Positions 20,772-30,380 of a stretch of DNA of 64,000 bases are shown here, piece after piece; positions within the stretch are counted from its first letter, which is position 1; every line of letters starts with the position of its first letter. The stretch covers positions 101,224-165,223 of the forward strand of contig JAFGVM010000016.1 of the NCBI GenBank assembly GCA_016937995.1, given 5' to 3'. The notes under the pieces are model-generated. The model was given only the letters and a program-made list of their open reading frames with translations. It ran no database searches and was not told the origin of the DNA. Source of the DNA: Candidatus Delongbacteria bacterium (GTDB lineage Bacteria; UBA4055). The position numbers and the translations under genes were made by a program.

Positions 20772-21725
20772 ATGAAAAAACTGTCATCTTTCTTACTGAT
20801 AATAACATCTTTCTTACTTGCGGACGGAAAATATGCAGGTGAATTCATCAGTTCAGGAACTGAAGCCCGTAGCCTTGCTCTGGGTAACATCGTTCTTACA
20901 TCCTTCAATTCATCTTCAGCATCTTATTTTAACCCTGCATATCTGCCGATGATAACTGACAAAAATGTCCAGTTATCCCACAGTGAGAGATTTGAAGGAC
21001 TGGTCCGTCAGGAATTTGCTTCTTTCAAAACAAAAATGAACGGACATGATCTTGGGTTTTCAATGATCTGGATGGGTATTGATGATATTATATTGACAAA
21101 ACTTCAGAATGAAGACAGTCTTATCAGCGAAACAAACAGGATTTTACCTGATAAATATGTAAATGATAATGAGTTTGCTTTTTTTGCTTCGCTCGGTAAA
21201 AAATATAATGATAAGATTTTCTGGGGTGTGAACGTAAAATTATTATATAAAACTTTTGAAGAAGAGTCAGCATTCGGGTTTGGTACTGATATTTCAGGAC
21301 TTTATTATATATATCCAAATATAATACTTGGTATGAAAGTGCAGGATGTTACTACCTCCACACTGTTCTGGACTACAGGACTGACAGAGATAGTCAGGCC
21401 CTCAATATTATTCAATGCTGAATACAATAACAGAGTTGAATATTTTTTACTGGATTATAAGGTCATAACCGGAACTAAGATCAGGACCGAGAATTATTCT
21501 GAAAATTCTTTTGCTTCTCTCGGTGTAATGGATTTTGTTCTGAGCGGTGGTATTGAGCTGAAATTCAAGAAAGTATTTATCAGGGGGGGATATAATACCG
21601 ACAATACCTGGTCGGCAGGAAGTGGTCTTGAGTATAAAAATATAACATTGGATTACGCTTTTAAACCTGATTTTGAAGATCTTGGTGACACACACAAAGT
21701 CAGCCTTGCATACTCTTGGGAATAG
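20772..21725 (+). CDS. PorV/PorQ-family outer-membrane beta-barrel, PorQ-like by size (~317 aa). The listed ORF start at 20706 overlaps tsaC; the internal Met at 20772 is preferred.
   Basis: MKKLSSFLLIITSFLLA signal peptide. ...GEFISSGTEARSLALGNIVLTSFNSSSASYFNPAYL parallels the PorV/PorQ N-terminal block (ARxxAxG..SxxYxNPAxL). The C-terminus ends ...LAYSWE (aromatic-rich). Confidence 0.5.
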   Translation: MKKLSSFLLIITSFLLADGKYAGEFISSGTEARSLALGNIVLTSFNSSSASYFNPAYLPMITDKNVQLSHSERFEGLVRQEFASFKTKMNGHDLGFSMIWMGIDDIILTKLQNEDSLISETNRILPDKYVNDNEFAFFASLGKKYNDKIFWGVNVKLLYKTFEEESAFGFGTDISGLYYIYPNIILGMKVQDVTTSTLFWTTGLTEIVRPSILFNAEYNNRVEYFLLDYKVITGTKIRTENYSENSFASLGVMDFVLSGGIELKFKKVFIRGGYNTDNTWSAGSGLEYKNITLDYAFKPDFEDLGDTHKVSLAYSWE

Positions 21726-21728
21726 TTA

Positions 21729-22133
21729 ATGGATAAAGGTTTAGTAAAAAAAACAGATGAAAAATATGCCTATATTGAAATGATGTTGAATTCATCCTGT
21801 ACTTCCTGTGCAAATAAAGGTGTCTGTATGGCCGGTGATAAACCTGCTCTTTTAAAAATACCCAATAAATACGGTCTTACTGAAGGTGATAAAGTAGATA
21901 TTGAATTGACTTCAAACACAAAACTTACATCAGGATTTTTATTGTTCATTTTTCCCATAGTAATGATGATAATCGGTTACTACTCGGCCTTTGTAATTGT
22001 ACCTTCTGACGGAGCTGGAATGATCGGCTCGCTATTCGGATTGACCTTTGGAGTGATAACCCTGATGATCATCAACAAGATTATAACAAAAAAAGGTATT
22101 TTTTTACCTAAACATATAAGAAAGATCTCTTAA
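21729..22133 (+). CDS. Small membrane protein with an N-terminal Cys cluster (RseC/MucC-family-like).
   Basis: CTSCANKGVCMAG cysteine motif followed by two hydrophobic helices. 134 aa. This architecture resembles the SoxR-reducing-system RseC family. Confidence 0.4.
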   Translation: MDKGLVKKTDEKYAYIEMMLNSSCTSCANKGVCMAGDKPALLKIPNKYGLTEGDKVDIELTSNTKLTSGFLLFIFPIVMMIIGYYSAFVIVPSDGAGMIGSLFGLTFGVITLMIINKIITKKGIFLPKHIRKIS

Positions 22134-22164
22134 AGATTTAATACACCTATATCACTTATAACCT

Positions 22165-22992
22165 ATGAAATATCACCTGCAAATAATACGCCCTTTAAAC
22201 CTCCTTATCACTGCGTTTGCCTCTGTGATCGCATATTTTATCGTTGCTGAAAATGTTATATACTTAAATCTTTTGCTCATAATTCTTTCTACCGTTCTGA
22301 CTGCTGGCGCAGGAAATATTATAAACGATATAATTGATATTGACATAGATCTGATAAATAAACCTGATAGACCACTTCCCTCCAAGAACATGAAGATCCA
22401 CTCAGCATATACTTCTTATTCAATACTTGTCATTGGTTCTCTTACATCAGGATATTTCTTAGGATACCACTCATTCGCAGCCGTACTTCTCGTTAACTTT
22501 GTGCTGTTGTTCTATACTATTTTTCTGAAAAGAAGACCTTTCTGGGGTAATTTCGTCGTTGCTTTCATCAGTGGATATCTTTTTTATTTTTGCAGCATAA
22601 CCACTGGAAATTTTACAAGTATAATTCCGTTGGCGATCTCAGCATTCCTTTTTCATTTCATAAGAGAGATCATAAAGGATATTGCTGATATTGAGGGGGA
22701 TAAGAACCAAAGAGCAAATACAATGGCTATAAAACTTGGAGTAAACAGAACTGTACTCATTGTCAAATTTTTGATATTAACTTTAATTGCATATTTAACC
22801 TACTTAATGATCTTCGGAGAATATAGATACTATTTCTCCGCCACTATTCTAGTAGCTGTCTTTCCTGTTCTGATTTTTGTCTTCAGCTTTCTTTTCAGGG
22901 ACATTAAAGATATTAATTACGAAAAACTCAGTCTGATCATGAAGATCGATATGTTTTTCGGCATACTTGCATTCTATTTTGGAATGTTGTAG
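22165..22992 (+). CDS. UbiA-family polyprenyltransferase.
   Basis: Polytopic membrane protein with NDIIDIDIDLINKPDRPLPS (NDxxDxxxD prenyl-diphosphate-binding motif) and a second Asp-rich region (DIADIEGD). Confidence 0.7.
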   Translation: MKYHLQIIRPLNLLITAFASVIAYFIVAENVIYLNLLLIILSTVLTAGAGNIINDIIDIDIDLINKPDRPLPSKNMKIHSAYTSYSILVIGSLTSGYFLGYHSFAAVLLVNFVLLFYTIFLKRRPFWGNFVVAFISGYLFYFCSITTGNFTSIIPLAISAFLFHFIREIIKDIADIEGDKNQRANTMAIKLGVNRTVLIVKFLILTLIAYLTYLMIFGEYRYYFSATILVAVFPVLIFVFSFLFRDIKDINYEKLSLIMKIDMFFGILAFYFGML

Positions 22993-23102
22993 GTTTAATT
23001 GTAACCGATTTTAATAGTCAACTGTAAATTGTCCATTGTAAATTTTAGTAAAATTACTTATCTTATGTCCATTAATAAAATCAACGGTGATCCGCTAAAG
23101 TT

Positions 23103-25532
23103 ATGAATAAATTACTGATCATAGTTATATTCATTATTCTGATTATAAGTTGTACAACTCAAAAACAGCTTGTAACTTTTGAACTTGATTTCAAAGATCT
23201 TGAAGTTAACTGGCAGGAGTCACTTGATAAAGCAAAAGATAATCCAGGCAGAATAAAGACTATTAAAAATAATATCCGGTCAAGATGTAGTAAACTTATC
23301 GAGTATTACAATGATCCGGAGAAACTATATACTGCATATCAGGGATACCTTTTAATAGAAGATAATAATAATGCTGATTCTGTTAAAAAAAATATCATTA
23401 AAAAATTCCCCAAGTCAAAATTCACATTTGAACTGGCAAGCTCAGAATTTTATGACAGACTAAGATCTATCTGGACAAATGATTCTGCGAAAGTAGTCGT
23501 AGTTACAGAACTGATCGATAAATATCCAGAGACAAACTGGCGAAAAACAATGTATCAGTACCTTGTTGCATCATTGAGCAAACTTAATAAAAAAGCACAA
23601 TTGACCACAGCATTAATAAATTTCAGGGACGCATTTCCCGAAGACTATCTCCCTTATACCACTTTTGCGAACTATATGTACAAAGATAAAATTGATACTG
23701 TTTCAGCTTTGGAACATGCTCAGAAAGGATTTGAGCTGTCAAAGAATTACCCTAAACTTGACCACTATCCTGAAATGGAGTGGAATCTTGAAAAAAGAGC
23801 TGCCTGTATAAAAGCAGCTTCAACTCTGGCTGAAATATTGATCGGTAAAAATAATTTCGAAGCTGCAAACAGCATATTAAATGAAGTTCTGACAGGATGT
23901 CCTCTTACTGTGGATGATGAGATCACGTTAGGACAGGTTCATTATCTAATGGCAAAATCTTATACTAAATCCGGCGATAAAGATATGGCTGTTATTAATT
24001 CGATCCTTTCTCTGATCAGAGGTGATTCGAGAAACATTTATTCTGCAAAATCAGACTCACTTCTAAGAAAAATGTCCGGTATGGAAAACTCTACCAACAA
24101 TGAAGTTCTTAATTTTGCACGTGAAAGACTTGGATACATGGGCATAACGTTCACAGATGTATCAGCTGAATACGGATTAAGTGATATTTCTGCGGGAAGA
24201 ATCGCATGGGGTGATTACGACAATGATGGATTTCAGGATATGATGCTGGACGGCAGCAGGATATTCAGAAATATAGATGGAAATAAATTCATTGAAGAAT
24301 CCATTAATATCCTTCCAAAAAACATGAAAGGAAATGGAGGTCTCTGGGCTGATTTTAACAATGACGGAAAACTTGACATTGTAACAAAAGACCCAGAATG
24401 TATCAGAATAAATGTTGATGGCCTTTTCCATAAGATCATGGGAAATGGTTCTATAAAAGACAACAAAATGTCTACAGAAGGTATTGGAGTAGGAGATGTT
24501 AATAATGATGGGGTTCTTGACATTTATTTTGCGAATTATGAGAAGAATTATGTCTTCGAACATGATGAATTTTATCTTGGAATGGGAGACGGAAAATTTA
24601 AAGATGCAACAAAATCATCCGGAATTTTACCTAAAGATGGAATTACGAGAGCTGGTAGAGGAGTAAATTTTGGTGATTTCGATAATGATAAGGACCTTGA
24701 TATATTTGTTTCAAACTACCGGCTTACTGAAAATTTTCTGTTAGTAAATGACGGAAAAGGAAATTTTACAAATAAAGGTGCTGAACTTGGACCTTCAGGA
24801 AATGAAAAGGACGGCTGGTGGGGACATACTATCGGATCAGAGTGGGCAGATTATGATAATGACGGGGATCTTGACCTGTTTTCTGCAAATCTGGCTCATC
24901 CAAGATACATTGATCTGTCTGACATGAGCATGCTTTATGAAAATCAGGGGGCACCGAACTGGAATTTCATTGATCAGAGAAGAAAAGCAGGTATTTTTTA
25001 TGAGGAAACACATTCTGAACCTGCCTGGGGTGATCTGGACAATGATGGACATCTTGATCTCTACATAAATAACGTTTACGAAGGCAGGAGATCATTCCTC
25101 TATATGAGTAATGGTGATAAAACATTCAGAGACGCCACATATTTTTCGGGAACAAGACATTTCAATGGCTGGGGAGTTGCTTTCGCAGATATTGACAATG
25201 ATGGAGACCTTGATATTCTTGCTGCTGGCGGGAAAATACAATTATTCAGAAATGATACAGAAATGCTTGGAAACTGGCTGGAAGTTAAATTGATCACAAA
25301 AAATCACTCTGAAGGTATCGGCACCAGGCTGAGGTTACACAATGATGAGATCAGCTTAACCAGAGAAGTTCAGGGAGGAAAAGGTACAACTAACCAGCAC
25401 TCGCTTATACAGCACTTTGGATTAGGTGACAAAAAAGGACCTTTTACTTTATCAGTTATTTTTCCTGACGGTCTGGAAAAGGATTTCACTATAACCGCGA
25501 TCAACAAAATAATCACTGTTAAAGAAATATAA
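23103..25532 (+). CDS. CRTAC1-family protein: N-terminal TPR-like region, multiple FG-GAP/VCBS repeats, and a C-terminal ASPIC/UnbV-like domain. Lipoprotein signal.
   Basis: LIISCTT lipobox. Repeated DxDNDGxxD motifs (DYDNDGFQDMML, DFNNDGKLDIV, DVNNDGVLDIY, DFDNDKDLDIFV, DYDNDGDLDLF, DLDNDGHLDLYI, DIDNDGDLDIL). The C-terminal ~100 aa resemble UnbV/ASPIC. Confidence 0.7.
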   Translation: MNKLLIIVIFIILIISCTTQKQLVTFELDFKDLEVNWQESLDKAKDNPGRIKTIKNNIRSRCSKLIEYYNDPEKLYTAYQGYLLIEDNNNADSVKKNIIKKFPKSKFTFELASSEFYDRLRSIWTNDSAKVVVVTELIDKYPETNWRKTMYQYLVASLSKLNKKAQLTTALINFRDAFPEDYLPYTTFANYMYKDKIDTVSALEHAQKGFELSKNYPKLDHYPEMEWNLEKRAACIKAASTLAEILIGKNNFEAANSILNEVLTGCPLTVDDEITLGQVHYLMAKSYTKSGDKDMAVINSILSLIRGDSRNIYSAKSDSLLRKMSGMENSTNNEVLNFARERLGYMGITFTDVSAEYGLSDISAGRIAWGDYDNDGFQDMMLDGSRIFRNIDGNKFIEESINILPKNMKGNGGLWADFNNDGKLDIVTKDPECIRINVDGLFHKIMGNGSIKDNKMSTEGIGVGDVNNDGVLDIYFANYEKNYVFEHDEFYLGMGDGKFKDATKSSGILPKDGITRAGRGVNFGDFDNDKDLDIFVSNYRLTENFLLVNDGKGNFTNKGAELGPSGNEKDGWWGHTIGSEWADYDNDGDLDLFSANLAHPRYIDLSDMSMLYENQGAPNWNFIDQRRKAGIFYEETHSEPAWGDLDNDGHLDLYINNVYEGRRSFLYMSNGDKTFRDATYFSGTRHFNGWGVAFADIDNDGDLDILAAGGKIQLFRNDTEMLGNWLEVKLITKNHSEGIGTRLRLHNDEISLTREVQGGKGTTNQHSLIQHFGLGDKKGPFTLSVIFPDGLEKDFTITAINKIITVKEI

Positions 25533-25555
25533 TTAAAGATAATTGAGAAAGTTCT

Positions 25556-26137
25556 ATGAAAAAAAGGTGCTATTGGGTCGGATCAGACCCGATTTATTTA
25601 CAGTATCACGATAATGAATGGGGTGTTCCGCTGTATGATGATAGAACTATTTTTGAATTTTTGATACTTGAAACTTTTCAAGCCGGTTTAAGCTGGATGA
25701 CCATTTTGAAAAAACGCGAAAATTTCAGAAAAGCTCTGGATGACTTTGATTATAAAATAATAGCTGAATACAGTGATGATAAATTTGAAGAATTAATGAA
25801 CAATGGCGGTATTATAAGGAATCGTTTGAAGATAAAAGCCACTATTTCTAATGCTCAGGCTTTTATAAAGATCCAGAAAGAATTTGGATCGTTCAGCAAA
25901 TACATTTGGAAATTTGTTGATAATAATCCAATAGTGAATAACTATACTTCCGTAAAAGATATCCCTGCAAAAACTGAATTATCTGACAGGATCAGTCTTG
26001 ATCTGAAAAAGAGGGGGTTCAAGTTCGTAGGATCAACTATCATTTACTCACATATGCAGGCAACAGGTATGGTGAATGACCATACTCCTGACTGTTTCAG
26101 GTATAAAGAGGTTCAACTGTTAACTGAGAAGAAATAA
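25556..26137 (+). CDS. tag: DNA-3-methyladenine glycosylase I.
   Basis: YHDNEWGVP signature near the N-terminus. ~190 aa. HhH-GPD-like remainder. Confidence 0.85.
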   Translation: MKKRCYWVGSDPIYLQYHDNEWGVPLYDDRTIFEFLILETFQAGLSWMTILKKRENFRKALDDFDYKIIAEYSDDKFEELMNNGGIIRNRLKIKATISNAQAFIKIQKEFGSFSKYIWKFVDNNPIVNNYTSVKDIPAKTELSDRISLDLKKRGFKFVGSTIIYSHMQATGMVNDHTPDCFRYKEVQLLTEKK

Positions 26138-26138
26138 A

Positions 26139-26918
26139 ATGAAAATTATCTATTACATAGCCGTTTGTGTTGTTTTTATTACGGTTGTCTCCTGTGATCA
26201 AAATAATTCAAATAATACCATAATTCCTGCAGAACCTGATTTTACACTTGAAAATATTTACTCTCACAATACCAGCTATTTTACCCAGGGTTTTGAATTT
26301 GTCGGTGACACTTTGATCGAAGGAACAGGACAGGACGGCTTTTCTAAGCTAGTTAAATACAACTATGAAACAGAAAATATTTATGATCAGATATCTCTTA
26401 ATGCTTTATATTTTGGAGAAGGGATAACAATATTTGACAATGTAATTTATCAATTAACATACACATCGGGTAAGTGTTTCAAATACTCTCTCGACAGTCT
26501 TAAATATCTTGGTGAATTTGAATATGACGGAGAAGGATGGGGATTGACTCACGACGACAGTCTGTTGATAATGAGTAATGGATCTTCAACTATATTCTTC
26601 AGGGATCCATTGACCTTTGAGATCATCAAGCAAATATCTGTAAAAGATTCCAACGATTATTCGATTGATGAGCTGAATGAGCTTGAATATATCAATGATC
26701 GAATATTTGCCAATATATGGCATAGTGATGATATTGTCATTATTGATCCAATTACAGGTTATGTTGAAAAAAGAATAAATTTATCTGATCTCAGAACAGC
26801 TGGTGAAGGTACGATCTCCACTTTTAATGTTCTAAACGGGATCGCTCTGCATCCTAACGGCAATATCTTTGTTACGGGCAAGAACTGGCCGAATATTTTT
26901 GAGATAAAACTGAAGTAG
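26139..26918 (+). CDS. Glutamine cyclotransferase (beta-propeller, plant/bacterial-type glutaminyl cyclase).
   Basis: Signal/lipoprotein N-terminus (VVSCDQ). YSHNTSYFTQGFEF...GDTLIEGTGQDGFSKL matches the conserved QC N-terminal block. ~260 aa, beta-rich. Confidence 0.55.
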   Translation: MKIIYYIAVCVVFITVVSCDQNNSNNTIIPAEPDFTLENIYSHNTSYFTQGFEFVGDTLIEGTGQDGFSKLVKYNYETENIYDQISLNALYFGEGITIFDNVIYQLTYTSGKCFKYSLDSLKYLGEFEYDGEGWGLTHDDSLLIMSNGSSTIFFRDPLTFEIIKQISVKDSNDYSIDELNELEYINDRIFANIWHSDDIVIIDPITGYVEKRINLSDLRTAGEGTISTFNVLNGIALHPNGNIFVTGKNWPNIFEIKLK

Positions 26919-27319
26919 AGATATAAATCGTTTTGTCCCTGTTTTTTTATTTACTTGCAGAAGTCAGTAATTTTCACTACAATGTAGTGATATAAAATGA
27001 ACAATCGTTGCTGACACAGGAGAAAAAACGCCATATGGCGTTTTGCCGCACGTTGTGCAAACTTCCACAACATTGGCAAAATGGCGCAACGTGATCATCT
27101 ATGGGTCCGAATGCTTTAGCAGTCATCTAAACTTAAGCATTTTTGATTAGAAAAATCCTCAGATGTTTTACAAATATAAACTTCCGAAAAAAATAAAACA
27201 AATTAAATTCAGCATTGTATTTAAATCTTCGCATGGTTTATAATATCTTTTTTCGTTGCAATTATTTCTCTCAAACTATATATTTTGTTTCCCTAAAATA
27301 AAGACGAACAGGACTATTG

Positions 27320-29086
27320 ATGAGCTATCTTGTTATAGCGAGAAAATACAGACCACTCAACTTTGAAGATGTTATAGGTCAGGAACATGTAACAACTACG
27401 TTGATAAATGCCATCAACAACAACAAAGTTCATCATGCTTATATTTTCACAGGACCGAGAGGTGTTGGTAAAACAACAGTATCAAGAATTCTTTCAAAAG
27501 CACTGAACTGCGAGACAGGAATTACACCAAAACCATGTGGTGTATGTAAGAATTGTAAAGAAATTGACCTTGGTAACAGTCTTGATGTAAAAGAGATAGA
27601 CGGTGCTTCTAACAGAGGTATCGATGAGATCAGGGACCTTAGAGATGATATAAAATTCGCACCTGCTTCATGCAGAAAAAAAATATATATCATTGATGAA
27701 GTCCACATGCTTACTAACCAGGCTTTCAATGCTTTGTTAAAAACATTGGAAGAACCACCTGCACATGCAATATTCATATTTGCCACTACCGAGATAAATG
27801 AAGTTCCTGCAACTATACTCTCAAGATGTCAGAGACATGATTTCAAAAGAGTTTCATCTGAAATTACTTCAAGATCTCTCAAAGAAATCTGTAAGGCTGA
27901 AAATGTAAAAATAGATGATGAATCATTACTATTAATAGCAAGATCAGGTGACGGTTCAGTAAGAGATTCTCAGTCAGTACTTGACCAGGTGATCGCTTAT
28001 TGCGGAAATGACATAACTATTGATAAGTTCTCTGAAGCTCTAGGAGTACCTAAAATAGACATTTATTTTGACCTTCTGGATATAGTTCACGAAAAGAACA
28101 CAGGAAAACTTCTTGAATATATTGACCGGATAAATTCTGATGGAATTAATCTTGTCTCATATATCAAAGGAATACTTGAATTTTTCAGAAATATGCTGGT
28201 TCTCCAGTCCACAGGAAATCACAGTCTGCTTGACCTTACCTCAGACAGCATTAATAAACTTAAAGCTTATCTGAATAGGTACAGTGATAAAGACATTTTA
28301 TTCTTCCTGGACCTTTTAAGCAGAAGTAACTCCAAGCTTAAATCATCACCTTTCATACGAATAGAATTTGAAATTATCCTACTAAAAATTTTACATTACG
28401 ATCCTGTTTCAAAAATAGATGATATATTAGAAAAACTTTCTGCAGTTACCGGAGAATATCCTGTTGATATTAATGAAATAATGTCAAAATTTTCACATCA
28501 GATGACCGTTGCTCCTGCTACGGCTGAAATTGAAATATCACAGGCCGCCCCGGAAAAAAAAACTCCTGAAATAATGCCTGAAGAGGAAATAGAAGCCGAA
28601 ATTGATGAAGATGTTATTCAGGAAACAGATGATCCTATCGAACCTGACTTAGACACTCCATCGGTATCTGTTGAAGAAACTCATGAAGCAGATCTAAATA
28701 TCTCTACAGTTATTGAAAAGTGGGAGAATTTTGTAAAGAACGTTTCTTTAAACATTCCTAATATCGGAAATATGCTTTTTTATGCTGTTCCCGTAGATCT
28801 TAGAGAGAACACACTTGAGATAAAATTTGATCCTAAACACAAGGTTCAGAGAAATTTATGTGAGACTAAAATAAATGATCTGAAAAATGAATTTAATACA
28901 TTCTTTTCAACAACGAATATCGGTATGAAAATTGATGAGGATGATGTAAACCCCAATGAAAGAATCTTAAAAATAAAAAAGGAAAAGAAAAAAACTCAGG
29001 AAGAAAAGAAAAAAGAATTACTTGAAATTTCACCTGAATTAAAATTTCTTTTCGATGACCCTTTTAATTGTAAATTTATCGATTAA
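27320..29086 (+). CDS. dnaX: DNA polymerase III subunit gamma/tau.
   Basis: RPLNFEDVIGQEHV. Walker A GPRGVGKTT. Zinc module CGVCKNCKEI. Walker B/DEAD-like IIDEVHML. Sensor SRCQRHDF. The first ATG is at 27320; the listed 27317 is a TTG. Confidence 0.9.
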   Translation: MSYLVIARKYRPLNFEDVIGQEHVTTTLINAINNNKVHHAYIFTGPRGVGKTTVSRILSKALNCETGITPKPCGVCKNCKEIDLGNSLDVKEIDGASNRGIDEIRDLRDDIKFAPASCRKKIYIIDEVHMLTNQAFNALLKTLEEPPAHAIFIFATTEINEVPATILSRCQRHDFKRVSSEITSRSLKEICKAENVKIDDESLLLIARSGDGSVRDSQSVLDQVIAYCGNDITIDKFSEALGVPKIDIYFDLLDIVHEKNTGKLLEYIDRINSDGINLVSYIKGILEFFRNMLVLQSTGNHSLLDLTSDSINKLKAYLNRYSDKDILFFLDLLSRSNSKLKSSPFIRIEFEIILLKILHYDPVSKIDDILEKLSAVTGEYPVDINEIMSKFSHQMTVAPATAEIEISQAAPEKKTPEIMPEEEIEAEIDEDVIQETDDPIEPDLDTPSVSVEETHEADLNISTVIEKWENFVKNVSLNIPNIGNMLFYAVPVDLRENTLEIKFDPKHKVQRNLCETKINDLKNEFNTFFSTTNIGMKIDEDDVNPNERILKIKKEKKKTQEEKKKELLEISPELKFLFDDPFNCKFID

Positions 29087-29108
29087 CACAACATTAACGG
29101 AGTTATTG

Positions 29109-29444
29109 ATGGCAAATATGAACAACATGGACATGAGCACACTTTTAAAACAAGCTCAAAAAATGCAGGAAGACATGCAAAGGTCCCAGGAACAGTTAGA
29201 GAAAGAAGTCATAGAGGGATCTGCCGGTGGTGGAATGGTAAAAGTCAAAGTCAGTGGAAAAAAGAAACTTTTATCTATTAAAATAGACCCCAGTATATTA
29301 GACCCTGATGATGTTGAGGAGCTTGAAGATCTTGTTATGGCGGCAGTAAATCAGGCTATAGATGAAGCCGATAAATTATCAGGTGAGGAAATGTCTAAGG
29401 TTGTTCCTAAATTACCTAACGGATTTAAAATTCCCGGATTCTAA
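29109..29444 (+). CDS. ybaB: Nucleoid-associated protein YbaB/EbfC.
   Basis: MANMNNMDMSTLLKQAQKMQEDMQ...GGMVKVKVSGKKKLLSIKIDPSIL is the typical YbaB fold sequence. Canonical dnaX-ybaB-recR order. Confidence 0.85.
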   Translation: MANMNNMDMSTLLKQAQKMQEDMQRSQEQLEKEVIEGSAGGGMVKVKVSGKKKLLSIKIDPSILDPDDVEELEDLVMAAVNQAIDEADKLSGEEMSKVVPKLPNGFKIPGF

Positions 29445-29483
29445 CAAAGGTTAAATCATATAATAATTCCTGGATCAAGGCGA

Positions 29484-30077
29484 ATGAATTCCCAGTCAGA
29501 AATATTGGAAAATTTGATAAACAATATCTCCAAATTACCCGGTATCGGCAAAAAATCTGCACGGAGGATCGCCTATCATCTTATCAACACATCAAAGGAT
29601 AATGCTTTAAATACTGCAAATTCAATAATTGAGGCACGTGAAAGACTTGGATTATGCATTGAATGTTTTAATCTTTCTGAAGATAAACTGTGCAATATCT
29701 GTTCAGATCCTTTGAGGAACAGGGATATTATACTCGTAATTGAAAATTTCCATGATCTTTATCTGTTCGAAAAATTAAAGATACATAAAGGTCTATACCA
29801 TGTTTTAGGGGGCCTCCTGAGTCCCCTTGACGGTATCGGACCCGGAACTTTAAGACTAAATGAACTGCTTAACCGCATAAGAATGAATAATACTTCCGAG
29901 CTCATAATTGGATTAAATCATTCTGTTGAGGGAGATTCCACTGCCCTGTACATATCAAACATGCTTAAAGATATCAGCATTAAAATTACACGGCTGGCCA
30001 GTGGTATTCCGGTGGGTGGAGAGATCGAATATACTGATGAGATCACTTTAAAACAGGCTTTTGAGAACAGAAAATAA
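29484..30077 (+). CDS. recR: Recombination protein RecR.
   Basis: HhH N-terminus (LPGIGKKSARRIAYHL). C4 zinc finger (CIECFNLSEDKLCNICSD). Toprim region. 197 aa. Confidence 0.9.
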   Translation: MNSQSEILENLINNISKLPGIGKKSARRIAYHLINTSKDNALNTANSIIEARERLGLCIECFNLSEDKLCNICSDPLRNRDIILVIENFHDLYLFEKLKIHKGLYHVLGGLLSPLDGIGPGTLRLNELLNRIRMNNTSELIIGLNHSVEGDSTALYISNMLKDISIKITRLASGIPVGGEIEYTDEITLKQAFENRK

Positions 30078-30082
30078 TATTT

Positions 30083-30289
30083 TTATTTATCCTGAACAGT
30101 ATCTTTTATTACTTTTGTATTTTTTTGCAGACTTCTAATCTCTTCCAGTATTTCATTTTGATCAACGATCTTATTTTTGATAAGAACTTGTATGAGAGCT
30201 TCTATAGTTATTGTGTTAGTTAAAGCTAATTTTTCAACAGAAAGATCTAATTTTGCTTCAGGTTTATCTTTTTTTCTAAATGACAACAT
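30083..30289 (-). CDS. Small hypothetical protein (68 aa).
   Basis: ORF only. Sits convergent to recR with a 5-bp gap. No recognisable motif. Confidence 0.2.
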   Translation of the reverse strand: MLSFRKKDKPEAKLDLSVEKLALTNTITIEALIQVLIKNKIVDQNEILEEIRSLQKNTKVIKDTVQDK

Positions 30290-30380
30290 TATGAACTCCG
30301 GGTTTTAAATTTAAAATATATTGATTTTTGCAAAATCTTTTATATCTTTTGAACGGTCAATATAAAAGAAAGAACAATCT

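Noticed and set aside
26919-27319. SRP RNA (ffs) upstream of dnaX.
   Set aside because: Only a loose resemblance to the domain-IV core was seen. No convincing 5'/3' closing helix could be drawn by eye. It is kept as a finding to be tested but not annotated as a feature.
29055-29108. Listed ybaB ORF start at 29055, overlapping the dnaX 3' end.
   Set aside because: The N-terminal 18 codons are not YbaB-like. The conserved YbaB sequence begins at the Met at 29109, which is used instead.
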